A DNA stretch of 64,000 bases from Gracilinanus agilis (GCF_016433145.1 NC_058131.1:384669940-384733939), one strand, 5' to 3'. Positions 38,358 through 50,629 are shown, counted from the first letter of the stretch. Made by a program: numbers and translations. Notes: generated by a model not told the origin, from the sequence alone.

Positions 38358-40084
38358 AAGTCCATTTATTTTCCAAGTTGCCTGGCTTTGGGCCTGAATT
38401 CATACTTTATTTCCCTTTCTACATTTAGAATCAGTTTGTTTAACAACAACAACAAAACACCCAGCAGTTTCTATCTTTTTTTCTTTTCTTCACTGAGGAG
38501 TTGAAATGATAGACATCCAACCTTTCCACACAAATTGCCATATGTACACGAAGGTATACCATTGCTGATGGGCACTTCTGTGTCAACCTGTTAGACTTGG
38601 AGTCACTCCTCCAGGATGGTGAGTACAAAGACTCTGGTTTTTAACACTGATGAACTCTTCTCTTCAGACATTCTAAAGAACAATTATAATTACAGTCAAT
38701 ATACCAATGAAATTGCAAGTTTGCAATGCAAACCCTAATCCCTCTGATATATAATACACTAAATTTGCATATTGCACCATCTCCTTTGTTAAATTGGATG
38801 CTGCATGAAGTCAGGGACCACAGCTTAATTATCCTTATATGTTCCTTAGCTCTAAGAGCAAGACTTTGTTCGAATAAAGTACAGAGTAAATGGCTACTGA
38901 TGGAATAATAAGCACTAAATGGAGATTATACTGGTTGAATGACTTTTGGGACAAGGTTAGGGCTTCTACACATAGTTTAAGAATTCAGGGAATACTGGGA
39001 GTTCTAATACTGCTCCCAAAGTTCTTTAACACAGAAAAGCTGGAAGATTCTTAAGTAGATGTGTGAATTTGGGGGGAGGGAGTTCACCTCATTTTTAACA
39101 CCTATAATTCACTTATTTGAATAGATTGATGTAAAAAATGTCAAAAAAGACAAATTCCAAATGGGTTTTTAAATGGGAGTGGGAGTACAGAATCAGTCAG
39201 CTTGTTTTCAAGTGAATTCTGCTTTCAGACATTAGTCTGTTCTGAACTGCACCAAAATGGTTCTAATGGCCCCAGTCAAAAGAGCTATTACAGGATGTCT
39301 AACTTGGTTAAATTCCTTTCTGCCTTAAATTGGTAGTGATTGGGCATTGGCTCGAGTCAAGTCTTTTCAGAGGGCACTTTCCTTAGGGATCTGGCACTCT
39401 TTACGAAAGTATACCTAAGATTTGGAATGCAGGATCTAGCCAGTTTGCTTGGGTGGAGCAGTGGCTAGGGATTGAAAGGAGCGGAGTGGAGGAGTTCTAT
39501 TAGTTGGAAAGCAAAGTATCTGATCTTTTTAGAAGCACAGAAGTTGTACAGGAGTACACAGGCTTGAGGGGAAGCTTTGACTCAGAAAAATGTTTAATAC
39601 AGCAAGACAATGGGTCAAAAGGCAAGGTGGGCCAGCTACTTAAAGAACTGCCATATACAAAGAGGCAGCATGACAATGGATAAAGAGCTGACCTTGGAGT
39701 CAAGACCTGAATTTAAGTCCTGCTTTTGACAAATGATAGCTCTGTGACCCACAGCAAGACACTTAATCTCTCAGTCTCCTAGACAACTCATTAAGACCAT
39801 AAACTGCAGTGTGTTTGCCAATCTGCATTGCTGGAAAGTAGAGGAATTTTTCTTCACTGGAAGGCTTCTTATTCCATTAAAATTACAGGTCTAGCAAACA
39901 ACAACAAATACCTAACACTCTCCCTCTCCCTCCCTCCATCTTTTTCCCTCATCCTCACCACTCTTTTTCTCCTTCTTGCTTTTTTCCCATAATACATAAT
40001 ACATAAGGCAAACCCTTTATCTATACTATGCTGTCATATTATAATCCATATATACCATCTTATAGCTTATATGTGTGAACATAT

Positions 40085-40350
40085 ATAAATATATGCTACC
40101 ACACTCTCATACCATACAATTCTTTGCTAAGCTATAAATACCATACCATGTCATATCATACCTATCATACCATACATACGTAAGAATGTAAAAGTATAAA
40201 AGAAGCACATAATTTTGTCTGTTTGGCTCACATATTGGACCAGTCATAATCTGACCAGTTCTATATAGAGAGAAGAAAGAATTGATAAACAGAAATAAGC
40301 AAGACATAGTGTTTTATATATACATATATATATATATATATGTATATATA
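40085..40350. repeat. Degenerate (ATACC)n / (TA)n low-complexity region next to an L1 3'-terminal fragment (40350-40440)
   Basis: ataccatacc..catatcatacctatcataccatacatacg and tatatatata. Confidence 0.7.
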
Positions 40351-43286
40351 TTGTCAATTGATGCCTTCTCTAGTGTGAGGAAAGAGGGAGGGAAGGAGTT
40401 ACCTGGAAATTTTAATGTAATAAACAAATAAATTTAAAATTTTTTTTCAAAAATTGTGTCGTAAGGAGCAGAGGAGATACTGTAGATTCCTCTGAAAAAG
40501 GGCATTTTATTTGAGCTGGTTCTGAATTCATGGGAATGTGTTTGTACTAAGGCACATTATTTTCACGTTTTCTCCCTTGTGAGTGATGGTACATGTGTAG
40601 GAGATGGCTTTCCAAGATCAAGGATGAAATCTAGGGCCAAGGGGCAGAATAAATTTACTAGGAATCCATGACTGAGACCATGACCTTGATCTCCATGGCA
40701 CTGTGGTTCAAATTGGCTAGGCTAACCAAACTCAGACAATATTTGTACCGGCAAGGCACTTAGAACAAAATAGGCTGGCTACATTTTTTATAAGGCTAGA
40801 GTGGTGAGTAGATTTCCTGCTATGGTCCCCATTATAGCCAAAGAAAGAATTTGTCATAACTGTTTGATATACTCATAGGAAGGAAATCCTGCTAATTTCT
40901 GACAAGCAATTAAACTGTGCCAAATATTTATTGAGTCCCATGTCTAACACCCTTTATAGAATGAATACATAGAGGTTTTTAAGGGAAATGTAAGACATAA
41001 TCTCATAACCTTCCAAATGAAAGTGTTACTACTTGGAGAGAATCAGTTAATAGTCATCCAAAACTAATTATGATTGTACATATGATGAGAGACTAAAAAC
41101 AATCTAGATGAACACTTCCAAAGTGGAACACATTTTAAGTATTTTTCAGAATCCTGAGGCCGATACCAGTATGGACAATGACTATATGAATCTTTTGGAT
41201 TTTTAGTCTAAGGCTGAAATTTTAACAGGCTGAATATTATTCAGTGTGAAGATATCCTCCAATGAACATATTGGCAACTGAAAATCTTAGAGAATTTACT
41301 GGTGCCAGAACAGGGTTAAGTGACTTATTGTGGTCACTGTGGATATGTGTCAAAGGCAAACTGAACCAAGACCTTCCTGACTTTTAGGTCAATCCTTTAC
41401 TTTCTCTCTACATTACACTGACATTCATGGATCATAACACTTCAAGTGGTGGTAGAAACTTATTTCACAGCAAAAGGATGGGAGCAAAATTCAAATCAAG
41501 TTCTATGACTAAAGAGTTTTGAAAATTTTGTAAATTCTTAGTAAGCCAGGCATATACCAGATTTCTTCCTTTTGAATTACTTAACTCTAACAGCAAGATG
41601 TGGCCAGATCAAGAATTTTCAATGCATGTAATTTACAAGCACTTATACTTCCAAGTCTAAGCCACCTATGGCCCCCAAGCCCATTTTGCAAGAATACCAC
41701 ATTCTTTCAAAATATTCCATGTGCTTCATTATGCATTAAAAATGTCACCCTGAAGCTAATAAGAAGATAGCCACTAAAAACATGTTCCTTTTGAGGCAGT
41801 TCTATAATACTGGCTGTTAATGAAGCTTGTAAAAATACATCAAGGAAGAACATTTCCCAGATTTCAAAACTTAGGCAGAGTAAAGAGATGGAGATGAAAA
41901 AAAGTCACTGAGAAGGCAAGAAGCTACTGTGACTTATACAGCAATATTCCTACAAAGGATTCAGCCAACAGGCCTAAGCTGCTTCTCCACACATTTTTCT
42001 CCAAAAAATGTTCACATAAGCCATGAAATGAATGGACTATTTTGCTTTAAAAGCCAAAATCTATAAAAGGATGTGTGACATAGTGAATAGACATGTTGGA
42101 TTTGGACTCAGAAGGAAAAGGGCTCATATTCTACATTTGACATAACTCTGTGTAACTTTGGGTAAATTACTTAAACTCCCTGAAACTTTATTTCTCTGTC
42201 AGTAAAATGGGGATAATAATGCTTGCTGTATCTATTGTACAAGTCTGTTGAGAAAGACAAAGGAGATAATACCATTAGAGTATTTCATGAATTTTAAAGA
42301 GATATATAATTTTCAGTGATTATTATTGTTATTTTCATAATAATTATGATTAAAAAGAAGTTATATAGTGGAGTGAATAATGAATGGTCTCAAAGACAAG
42401 GAAATGTGGGTTCAAATTCTGCTTCTGACACATATTGACTGTGTGACCCTGGGCAATCTTCTTAAATTCTCAGTGTCTTAAGCAACTTTCTAAGACAATA
42501 AATTGGAGAGTAGGTTCCAAATTGCATTAAGGGAATTTCTTCACATGAGAGATCCCAGCCCTATCCATAACATATGAACTTCACTCTAGCCATCATTCCT
42601 CCACCCTCCCAGAACCCCAGTTTCTGCCCCTAGAATGTTGGGCTCTGATAAATGAGCTTTTGCCTTAATCTTGTTTAGAACTAGGGCTTTGTGTTACTTC
42701 ATGTAGCCATCTCCACATCATGCTCCTCATTTTTCCATTTACCCAAATTCTATTTTTGAAATTATTTCTCTATTAGGATGTAAGCTCCTACAGTAGACAT
42801 GTTTTTTGGGGGTCTTCCTTTGGATAAAATCTGGGACTTCCTCTTGGCTGTTTCCTTACTCCCAATAATAGAGCTCTTTCACTATGTATTATCTGGTATA
42901 TATTCTGTGTATACATACTCTGAAATATATTCTGCTATGGACTTGGATAAATGGGCTTCTTTGCTAAAAATGAATGAATGAGGAAGTAAAGAGCTCCTTG
43001 AATGCAGGACTTTACTGTTTGTTTCTACTTGTACCCTTAGTGTACTACAGTGCTTGGCACATCATAATCACTTAAGAAATAATTTTATTTCTTTCTTTAT
43101 ATTAATAAAGTAGCATGTCCATGTCTCATGCCTATTATTATTGTTGCTGTAAATGAAGCTAGATAGCATTCCTTTAAAATCTCTCTTAGGGAAAGGAGTC
43201 ACAAACCAAAGCTACAAAGTCTTCTCTGATTCAATATCAATTAAGAGAGGCATCCTATATCAGTGGAAATAAAACTAAACCAGACA

Positions 43287-43973
43287 ATGCCTGCCCTTTG
43301 ATCCAGCCATACCATTGCTGGGTTTGTACCCCAAAGAGATCATAGATAAACAGACTTGTACGAAAATATTCATAGCTGCGCTTTTTGTGGTGGCAACAAA
43401 TTGGAAAAGGAGGGTATGTCCTTCAATTGGGGAATGGCTGAACAAACTGTGGTATATGCGGGTGATGGAATACTATTGTGCTAAAAGGAATAATAAACTG
43501 GAGAAGTTCCAGGCGAACTGGAGAGACCTCCAGGAACTGATGCAGAGCGAAAGGAGCAGAGCCAGAAGAACTCTATACACAGAGACTGACATTCTGTGGT
43601 AAAATCGAATGTAATGGACCTCTGTACCAGCAGCAATGCAATGACCCAGGACAATTCTGAGGGATTTATGGTAAAGATGCTACCCACATTCAGAGGAGGG
43701 ACTGCAGGAGAGGAAACATATAGGAAAAACAACTGCATGAACGCATGGGTCGGGGTGGACATGATTGAGGGTGTAGACTCGAAACTACCACACCAATGCA
43801 ACTACCAACAATTTGGAAATTGGTCTTGATCAAGGACACATGACAAAACTAGTGGAAATGCGCATGGGTAGGGGGGGTGCGGGGGGGGGGTTGAAGGGGA
43901 AAGGAGGAGCATGAATCATGTAACCATGTTAAAAATGAATATTAATAAATGTAAAAAAAAAAAAAAAAAAAAA
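43287..43973 (+). mobile_element. Young 5'-truncated LINE-1 (L1_Mdo-type): ORF2 C-terminus, 3' UTR and poly(A)
   Basis: Open frame CLPFDPAIPLLGLYPKE...FIAALFVVATNWK...CPSIGEWLNKLWYMRVMEYY...ILW* (43288-43602) resembles the L1 ORF2 C-terminus. G-rich 3' UTR, AATAAA at 43944-43949, A21 tail, perfect 16-bp TSD aaaactaaaccagaca (43271-43286, 43970-43985). Confidence 0.95.
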
Positions 43974-44415
43974 CTAAACCAGACATCAGTAGATTTGGAT
44001 TTTAGCTGCAGACTTGTCATTCAATGTGTGTCCTTAGACAAGTGGCAAAATCTCTGTGTGATAAGACAGAGGAGAATTAGCCAGTCTTTAAACGTGAATA
44101 TTCATGTCTGATATTCTGTGAAATTCTTATTATCTACCCATTCCCTCTCTAGTAGGTTGGGGGCTATAGAAGTATTCTATTTTGCATATTCCAAATATAG
44201 TTAGGAAAATAAGGTTTGCATGTATAGGGAGCTACCTGGATCAATGTTTTAAATTCTCATTCCCTTTAGGACCAGAAATTTTGAAATTATATGGAGGGAG
44301 GGGTATGTAAATCTACAGAAGCAGGGAAGAAGGATTAGTGTAATCCAGTTTCAATTTCATAGATGCAAGAAATTCAGGAGTCCTGGCTACTTTTTGATAA
44401 GAAGATGGTCTATGG

Positions 44416-44686
44416 CAGTGATGGTGAACCTTTTAGAGATTGAATGCCACGCCCCCCCACCTTATCCCAGATAGGGGAAGGAGGAAGCATTCCCATTGTG
44501 TTGCTAGACAGAGGGGTGGGTGAAGTGTAGAATATCTTCGGGCCCATGGAGAGGGGGAGGGGAATAACTCTGTCCGGAGTCCCTTTGATTTTCTAGTAAA
44601 AAAAGCTGATGGGTGACTGAAGGCATGCCCACAAAGAGGGCTCTACATACCCTTTTTGGCACATATGGCATAGTTTTGCCATCATG
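44416..44686. mobile_element. Non-autonomous hAT DNA transposon, 271 bp, with cagtgatggygaacc-type TIR
   Basis: Left end cagtgatggtgaacct; degenerate right end ggcatagttttgccatcatg. Perfect 8-bp TSD gtctatgg (44408-44415, 44687-44694). Confidence 0.85.
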
Positions 44687-47195
44687 GTCTATGGCAATAC
44701 ATCCCTAAGCAATTATACTGTTCTATTTTTTTAAATTAGGCAATGGGTTTTGTTAAATAACCAGAAAAAAACCACAAAAATATCCTAAATGCTTCTTCAT
44801 TGAAATCATTTTGTTATATTTTGTGACAAAAAAGATATTGAACCCAAATTACCAAAGTGATGATTATCATCCTGAGATAAGTTATAAGTCAATGGGCAAA
44901 GTCCCCAAATAATAATAAAAATGGATATATCTATATTTAGATTTACTCAGAAACTTTTGAAATGGGGATACATTGAAAGACTGAATTTTAAAGGTCAGTT
45001 GTGAAAAGCTTGCTGTTTACATGCTAAAACCATTTGTGTAATTAAAGGGAATTAATTATGCTCTTATAAATTTCATAAACACATCACAGATTGGCTTTTG
45101 ACTAATTAAACTTTAATTTAATGAGAAAAACTAAACTACATAAGCTTTTATCAGGCATATTTATTAAATTCTCCCCCTTATAAAAAAAGGAGAATGAAAA
45201 TAATAGTTTTTAGGAAGCATCTAGAGAAATAAAAAATTGGGGGAGGTTACAAGGATAGAAATTATAGGTAATTACTCAAGATTTAAAGCCACACTTTGAG
45301 GTTAAGCTTCCTTCTCTTTTCTCAGAACCACCCTTTAATTACATGCAAATAATCAGAAATGGCAACTAGTAGATGAGCATAATTTCCTGATTAAATAGTA
45401 TATCTCATTTATAAAGAAAAACAGTAAGTTCTGTTGAGAGTGGAATTGGCAAAGTACCAAATGTCAGTCTGTAACCCTTCCACTGGCATGGTTGTTTTCT
45501 TAATGGTCTCAATTGCATCCCTCTCCTGAAATGCTTTCTGTGATTATGTCATCTCAGAAGTCAGCCAAAAGGTTAGACATCAAAGCACCACAACATTTTC
45601 CAGGGTATTTTGATGCATACTGATTATTGCCAAATATGGGTAAAAAGCCCAATTCTTCCTAGTAGATGTTTTTTTAGATATAAACACTGACCATAGATCA
45701 CAAAAATGATCATAGATTTAGAGCTGAATTAATTCAAAGGTCAACTAATTCACTTTTCAGGTGAGGAAAATGAGATCCATTTAAATGACTTGTACAATGT
45801 CAGAAGTATTAAGAGCTGAAAGTGGGATTTGAATATGGTACTCTTAACTCCAGATCCATGGCTCTTTCCATCATACCACAGAGGCATATTATCCTCCATG
45901 CTTCTTTAGAAGTTTGAAGATTTGTTAGCATGGGTATTGTCTTCCTCTACATCATTCACAACATCCTCCATGTCTAATCCAATCATCTTAGTGAGTTCTT
46001 GCAGATGAAAACATTGATGCTGAGACTCTCATCTTTGCTAGATTGCTTCTTGGATGATGAACCCACAGTTGGTCACCAAGTACATTTCTGAAGCTTTTCT
46101 AACTTAGTAGGACCTACCAGAGTTTGACTTCAGCTGGTATAGTCTTCTAGAGCCAGGGGCATTTCTTTGTTATCAGGGGTGCATGAGAGGACTACTACAA
46201 TGCAGGCTAACTTTTTTTTTATAATCTCATTCCTGATTTTGGCTACCAGGAAAACCTGTGTTCAGCAGTTAATTTTACTTTCACTTTTTATCAGTGCAAT
46301 TTCAGTCAATAACAATGAGAGAAATTAGACTTGTTAACATCAAAATATTTTAGTTCTGATGAAAATTATTTTTGTAAATAATACATAATAAAATCCAATA
46401 TAAATATTACATTAAATGTTAAAATAATTAAATTAAAATAATTTTATACAATTATTCTTATAAAAATTCCTCAAAATTGTTATAGTCATTGGGACCATGT
46501 GAACTTCCAGAACTCTGGGAGTAAATTCCTTTAATGTGACCATATTAGCTCCATACTGATGTAGGTCCCTCTGGGAGTTTCTAAACCAGTTCCTCTAAAA
46601 TTCAAGTGGCAAAGAATTATCATTCTCCCATCCCATTCAACCCATAAAGGCACTCATACCCACTCACCAGAATCTTCTCAAAGCATCTGATAGCACTATG
46701 GTTCCATCACAAATAAAAATGAACTTGGGTAATTAAAGCAAGCAGCTGGTCAGTGTCAGGAGAAAGGGTTTGCTCCAGAGTAATTAAACCTCTTCTAGGC
46801 ATGATGCCAATTAACCTCTCAAAGTGCAATAAGTGATATACCCAATACAGGGAAAGACTCAATAAAGGTCATTAAAAACAGAGAATAAGAAATAATAAGA
46901 CTTTTTAACAGACTGTGTGAAAAGTACAATTGAAACTTGAAATGAAATATATTCATTATAATATTTGGGATTGAGGGGATTTTCAAAACCTGTGCACCAC
47001 AATTATTTGAGGAATAGTATTATTCTCCATACATTTTCAGTGTCTTCTTATTCCAGATGCCATTTCCATAACTCCATTTTTATGAGGTGGTATTTCCAAA
47101 CCCCTTCTTGTGATTTTTGGAATGACAAAAGTGTTAAGAAGGACCATAAGGCCTCCTGAAGATAGCATTTGTAATCATTGAAGAATACACCTTTA

Positions 47196-47381
47196 GGGGG
47201 CAGCTGGGTAGCTCAGTGGAGTGAGAGTCAGGCCTAGAGACAGGAGGTCCTAGGTTCAAACCCGGCCTCAGCCACTTCCCAGCTGTGTGACCCTGGGCAA
47301 GTCACTTGACCCCCATTGCCCACCCTTACCAATCTTCCACCTATGAGACAATACACCAAAGTACAAGGGTTTAAAAAAAAA
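47196..47381 (+). mobile_element. Young SINE1_Mdo-type CORE-SINE
   Basis: Same subfamily as 5330-5509 (5 differences seen). 13-bp TSD aagaatacacctt (47181-47193, 47382-47394). Confidence 0.92.
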
Positions 47382-48210
47382 AAGAATACACCTTGGAGTG
47401 TGCAAAGATTATAAACCCTATTTGCCAGGATGCGAACCAGAGAATTTTAGAATTGATACTTGGAGAAAAAGCATGGAATATTTTACTATCAAGGGCCTAA
47501 TTCAACCAGTAAAGGAAGCAATATAGACTCTATTGGTGGTGATGCTAATGGTATGATTCTAACCCTCTTCCACAATTCTTTCCCATTTTTCTGCTTTTCT
47601 GTTTCCCCCTATTTTTCTACTCAGGACATCTCAGGCCATTCTAAGGACATTTATCCAAATCCCTTCTTTTTTCTCCATTTGATGTCTGCATCCTCTTTCA
47701 ACTTGTCTTCTTTTGTTTTAAAGTGCCAAATTCTCTCTTATTCTCAACAACCACATTCTGCTCCTTACTCATTATGTTGTCACTAAAGGGATAGAGCAAA
47801 GAGGCAGGTTCCAGTAATAGAACAGCAGTGGGTGATGTCAAATAAGTACTATTTCCTTTGTCTTACTAGGCCATCATTTCTTACAAAACAGCAATGGTAG
47901 GGCTTCCACAGAAGACTGACAGTTTTCAAGGTGTACTTTCAAATGGCAATGTGTTGACACTGTTTACTTTAGACATCAGAAATGAATTTCTTGAACCAAT
48001 GGTATAAAGGGTAGGTTGTAGGCAGTGACCCAATGAAAGACCCAGATATCTATCTCCTTGGGTTTCACTCATAATTCATGGTTCACAACTAATCTTTTTC
48101 TACAGAAACTCTAAGATGAAAGGCTGAGAAAGTTTCAGTGGGAGTCAGGCTAGGTAGTGACATAGATTTCATTTTGCAAATTATTTTTCTTGCCCTGTTA
48201 ATATGCAATT

Positions 48211-48474
48211 ATTTTTTTTGTGGTTCAGTTGTTTTTCAATCATGTCTGCAACTCTTTGTGACTCCATTTGGGGTTTTCTTGATAAAGATATTGGAGTGGT
48301 TTACTGTTTCCTTCTTCAGTTCATTTTATAGATGAAGAAACTGAGGCAAACAGGATTAAGTGACTTTCTCAAGGTCATCCAGTTATTATTATCTGAAGCC
48401 AGATTTGAACTTAGGAAGATGAGTTGTCCTGACTCCAGGTCTGGGGCTCTATCTACTGTGCTGCTGAGCTGCCC
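48211..48474 (-). mobile_element. MAR1-type SINE (CORE-SINE with RTE/BovB-like tail), full length
   Basis: ttcagttgtttttcaatcatgtctgcaactctttgtgactccatttggggttttcttgataaagatattggagtgg..., MIR core, head ...gctgagctgccc. TSD aatatgcaatt / aatgtgcaatt (48200-48210, 48475-48485). Confidence 0.85.
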
Positions 48475-49754
48475 AATGTGCAATTTAAACCCACCTAAAT
48501 TTAACAGATGCTTAATTTTAAAAATCTCCCTAGTGATGTTCCATGTGTATGTTGAACCATGTGCACATCTATGAAATTCACATCTGAAGCCATTTTTTTA
48601 TTGTTCTCAAAAACAGCAATGACAACAGTAGCTCCCATTTACATGGCTCTTTGGAGTTAACAAAGTGCTTTCCTCACAACATCCCCATCAGGTAAACAGT
48701 ATGTGGATTTTAAAATTAATATTCAATATCTCCAAAGTATAATATTTATAAATATTTATTAATATTTAACACCAGAGAGCTAGAGAACACAGGGAATGTT
48801 CACCACCCAATTCATGTGGAAGAGTGTGTGGCAGAGCAAACCCAAACTATATCCCCACCACGTATCGAAGTGCGTATATGAAAGGCAAAAGGAATTGTGG
48901 ATAATACGGAAAGGAATTTGGGACAATGCAGTTCTAGGGGTTCAAGATTTTCCAACTATACATGTATAAGTATTTTTCTTCCCATTTTACAAATGTAGAA
49001 ACTGAGACTCAAAACTTTTAAATGACTTGCTCAGGAGGCCACTCAGCTAGTAAACATCACGCTCTCTTGATTGTGGGTTCAGTGTAATCAAGGCTGTGGT
49101 CCCTTATTATGCTTGGACTGGGGGATAGGTCTAATTCCTCAGTCATAGGCTAACTATATTCTATTTGGCTTCTTTCCTACTGTTATAGAGGGGTTATTTG
49201 TCAAAGGACATGATTAGCCCAGAGCAAGTCCAATTCTGTGTAACAGAAAAAGCTGTTCAATCTCTTTTGACAAAGCCTGGAAAGCACCCAGGGTCCTAGC
49301 TGCTGTTCACTGCTGCTGCCTCTCTCTACACTTTCCACTCAACAAAGCTGGCTAATGCATTAGCTGCCCAATGCAACAGCAGCATGTTGACAAAGGTTTC
49401 AGTCACACTAGCCTCTACAACAAAAAACAGTGGTAGTCTTCTGCTGAGGAGTAAAGGCTTTTTCCTAGAAGACAGGCCACAGAATGTAGTCAAAAGACAA
49501 CTGGACTTAGAATCAAGAGAAACGTGACTTCAAATCTCCCACATCTGGACTCTGGTGATATTTAGCTAGATAATCATGGGTAAAACACCAAAACTCTCTT
49601 GGAATCAGTTTACTCATTTGTAAAACAGAAATCAAAACAAAACAAAACAAAAAAACCCTGTAGTATCTACCTTGCCCAGTTGAGTGGTTCAAAAGGTATG
49701 AATTATAGAAATCATTATTCTTATATCAAAGTGACCTATTAATGATAATGATAA

Positions 49755-50144
49755 TTTTTAAACCTTTACCTTCTCTCTTAGAATAAATTCTGTGCATTGG
49801 TTACAAGGCAGAAGAGTGGTAAAGGTTAGGCCAGTGATAGGCAAACTATTCCCCATGGGTGAGATCCTGCCTTAGTTTGCCCATCACTGCCTTAAGCAAT
49901 TCCCTAATTACTACACCCCCACATCCAGATGTAGTGATTAGAAAATTGCTTAAGGCAGTGATGGGCAAACTAAGGCCTAGATCTGGTCCCCGGAGAATAG
50001 TTTGCCTATCACTGGGCTAGGCAGTTGGGAGTTAACTGACTTGCCCAGGGTCACACAGCTAGGAAATATCTGAGGCTAGATTTGAATGTAGGACCTCCCG
50101 TCTCTGGGCCTGACTCTCAATCCACTGAGCCATCTAGCTTCCCT
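49755..50144 (-). mobile_element. SINE1_Mdo-type SINE split by the composite hAT element
   Basis: Tail at 49755-49831. Remainder of the body and head at 50015-50144 rejoins the consensus gggctaggcaatggg. Confidence 0.88.
49832..50014. mobile_element. Palindromic composite hAT element, 183 bp (two inverted ~58-bp mini-elements plus spacer), inserted in a SINE
   Basis: Outer TIRs cagtgataggcaaactatt / aatagtttgcctatcactg. Inner TIRs tagtttgcccatcactg (ending 49889) and cagtgatgggcaaacta (starting 49956). TSD ggttaggc / ggctaggc (49824-49831, 50015-50022). Confidence 0.88.
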
Positions 50145-50154
50145 GATGATGATT

Positions 50155-50280
50155 AAAAAAAAAAAAAAAAACCTTACCTTCGGACATAGAATCAATATTG
50201 TGTATTGGTTCCAAGGCAGAAGAATAATAAGGGCTAGTCAATAAGGGTTAAGCAACTTGCCTTAGGATCACACAGCTAGG
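50155..50280 (-). mobile_element. 5'-truncated SINE1_Mdo-type SINE in tandem with the previous copy
   Basis: accttaccttcgg..atagaatcaatattgtgtattggttccaaggcagaagaa...cacacagctagg, followed by the repeated target atgatgataattttt. Confidence 0.82.
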
Positions 50281-50629
50281 ATGATGATAATTTTTAAAGG
50301 ACAACTCGTTGGAGAATTTATTGTGATGTGTATGGTGAAGGTTACTCCAAATGCAAACAAGCATTAATATTATAACATATATGTCAAACAAGCAGATACC
50401 ATCCATCCATCTTTACCATATTATACAGCTCAACATAGAGGAGCAAAAGTGTTTGCTCAAAACTGCGCACAAAAAACCAGGGAACTTTGTAAAAGGCAGT
50501 TCTTAGACATTTTTGCCTATAGCAAACGGGAATCATGACACACAATGGTATAATATATTCCTCAGTGGAAATTCCTAAAATTTAGTGTCACACTTAGCAA
50601 ATAATACTGGCACACCTCTTGAAATGAAC

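Noticed and set aside
43315-43602. 95-aa ORF as a possible host gene
   Set aside because: It is the C-terminus of L1 ORF2 in a 5'-truncated copy with no promoter or true start codon.
49351-49364. Perfect 14-bp palindrome gctaatgcattagc
   Set aside because: A few palindromes of this length are expected by chance in 64 kb.
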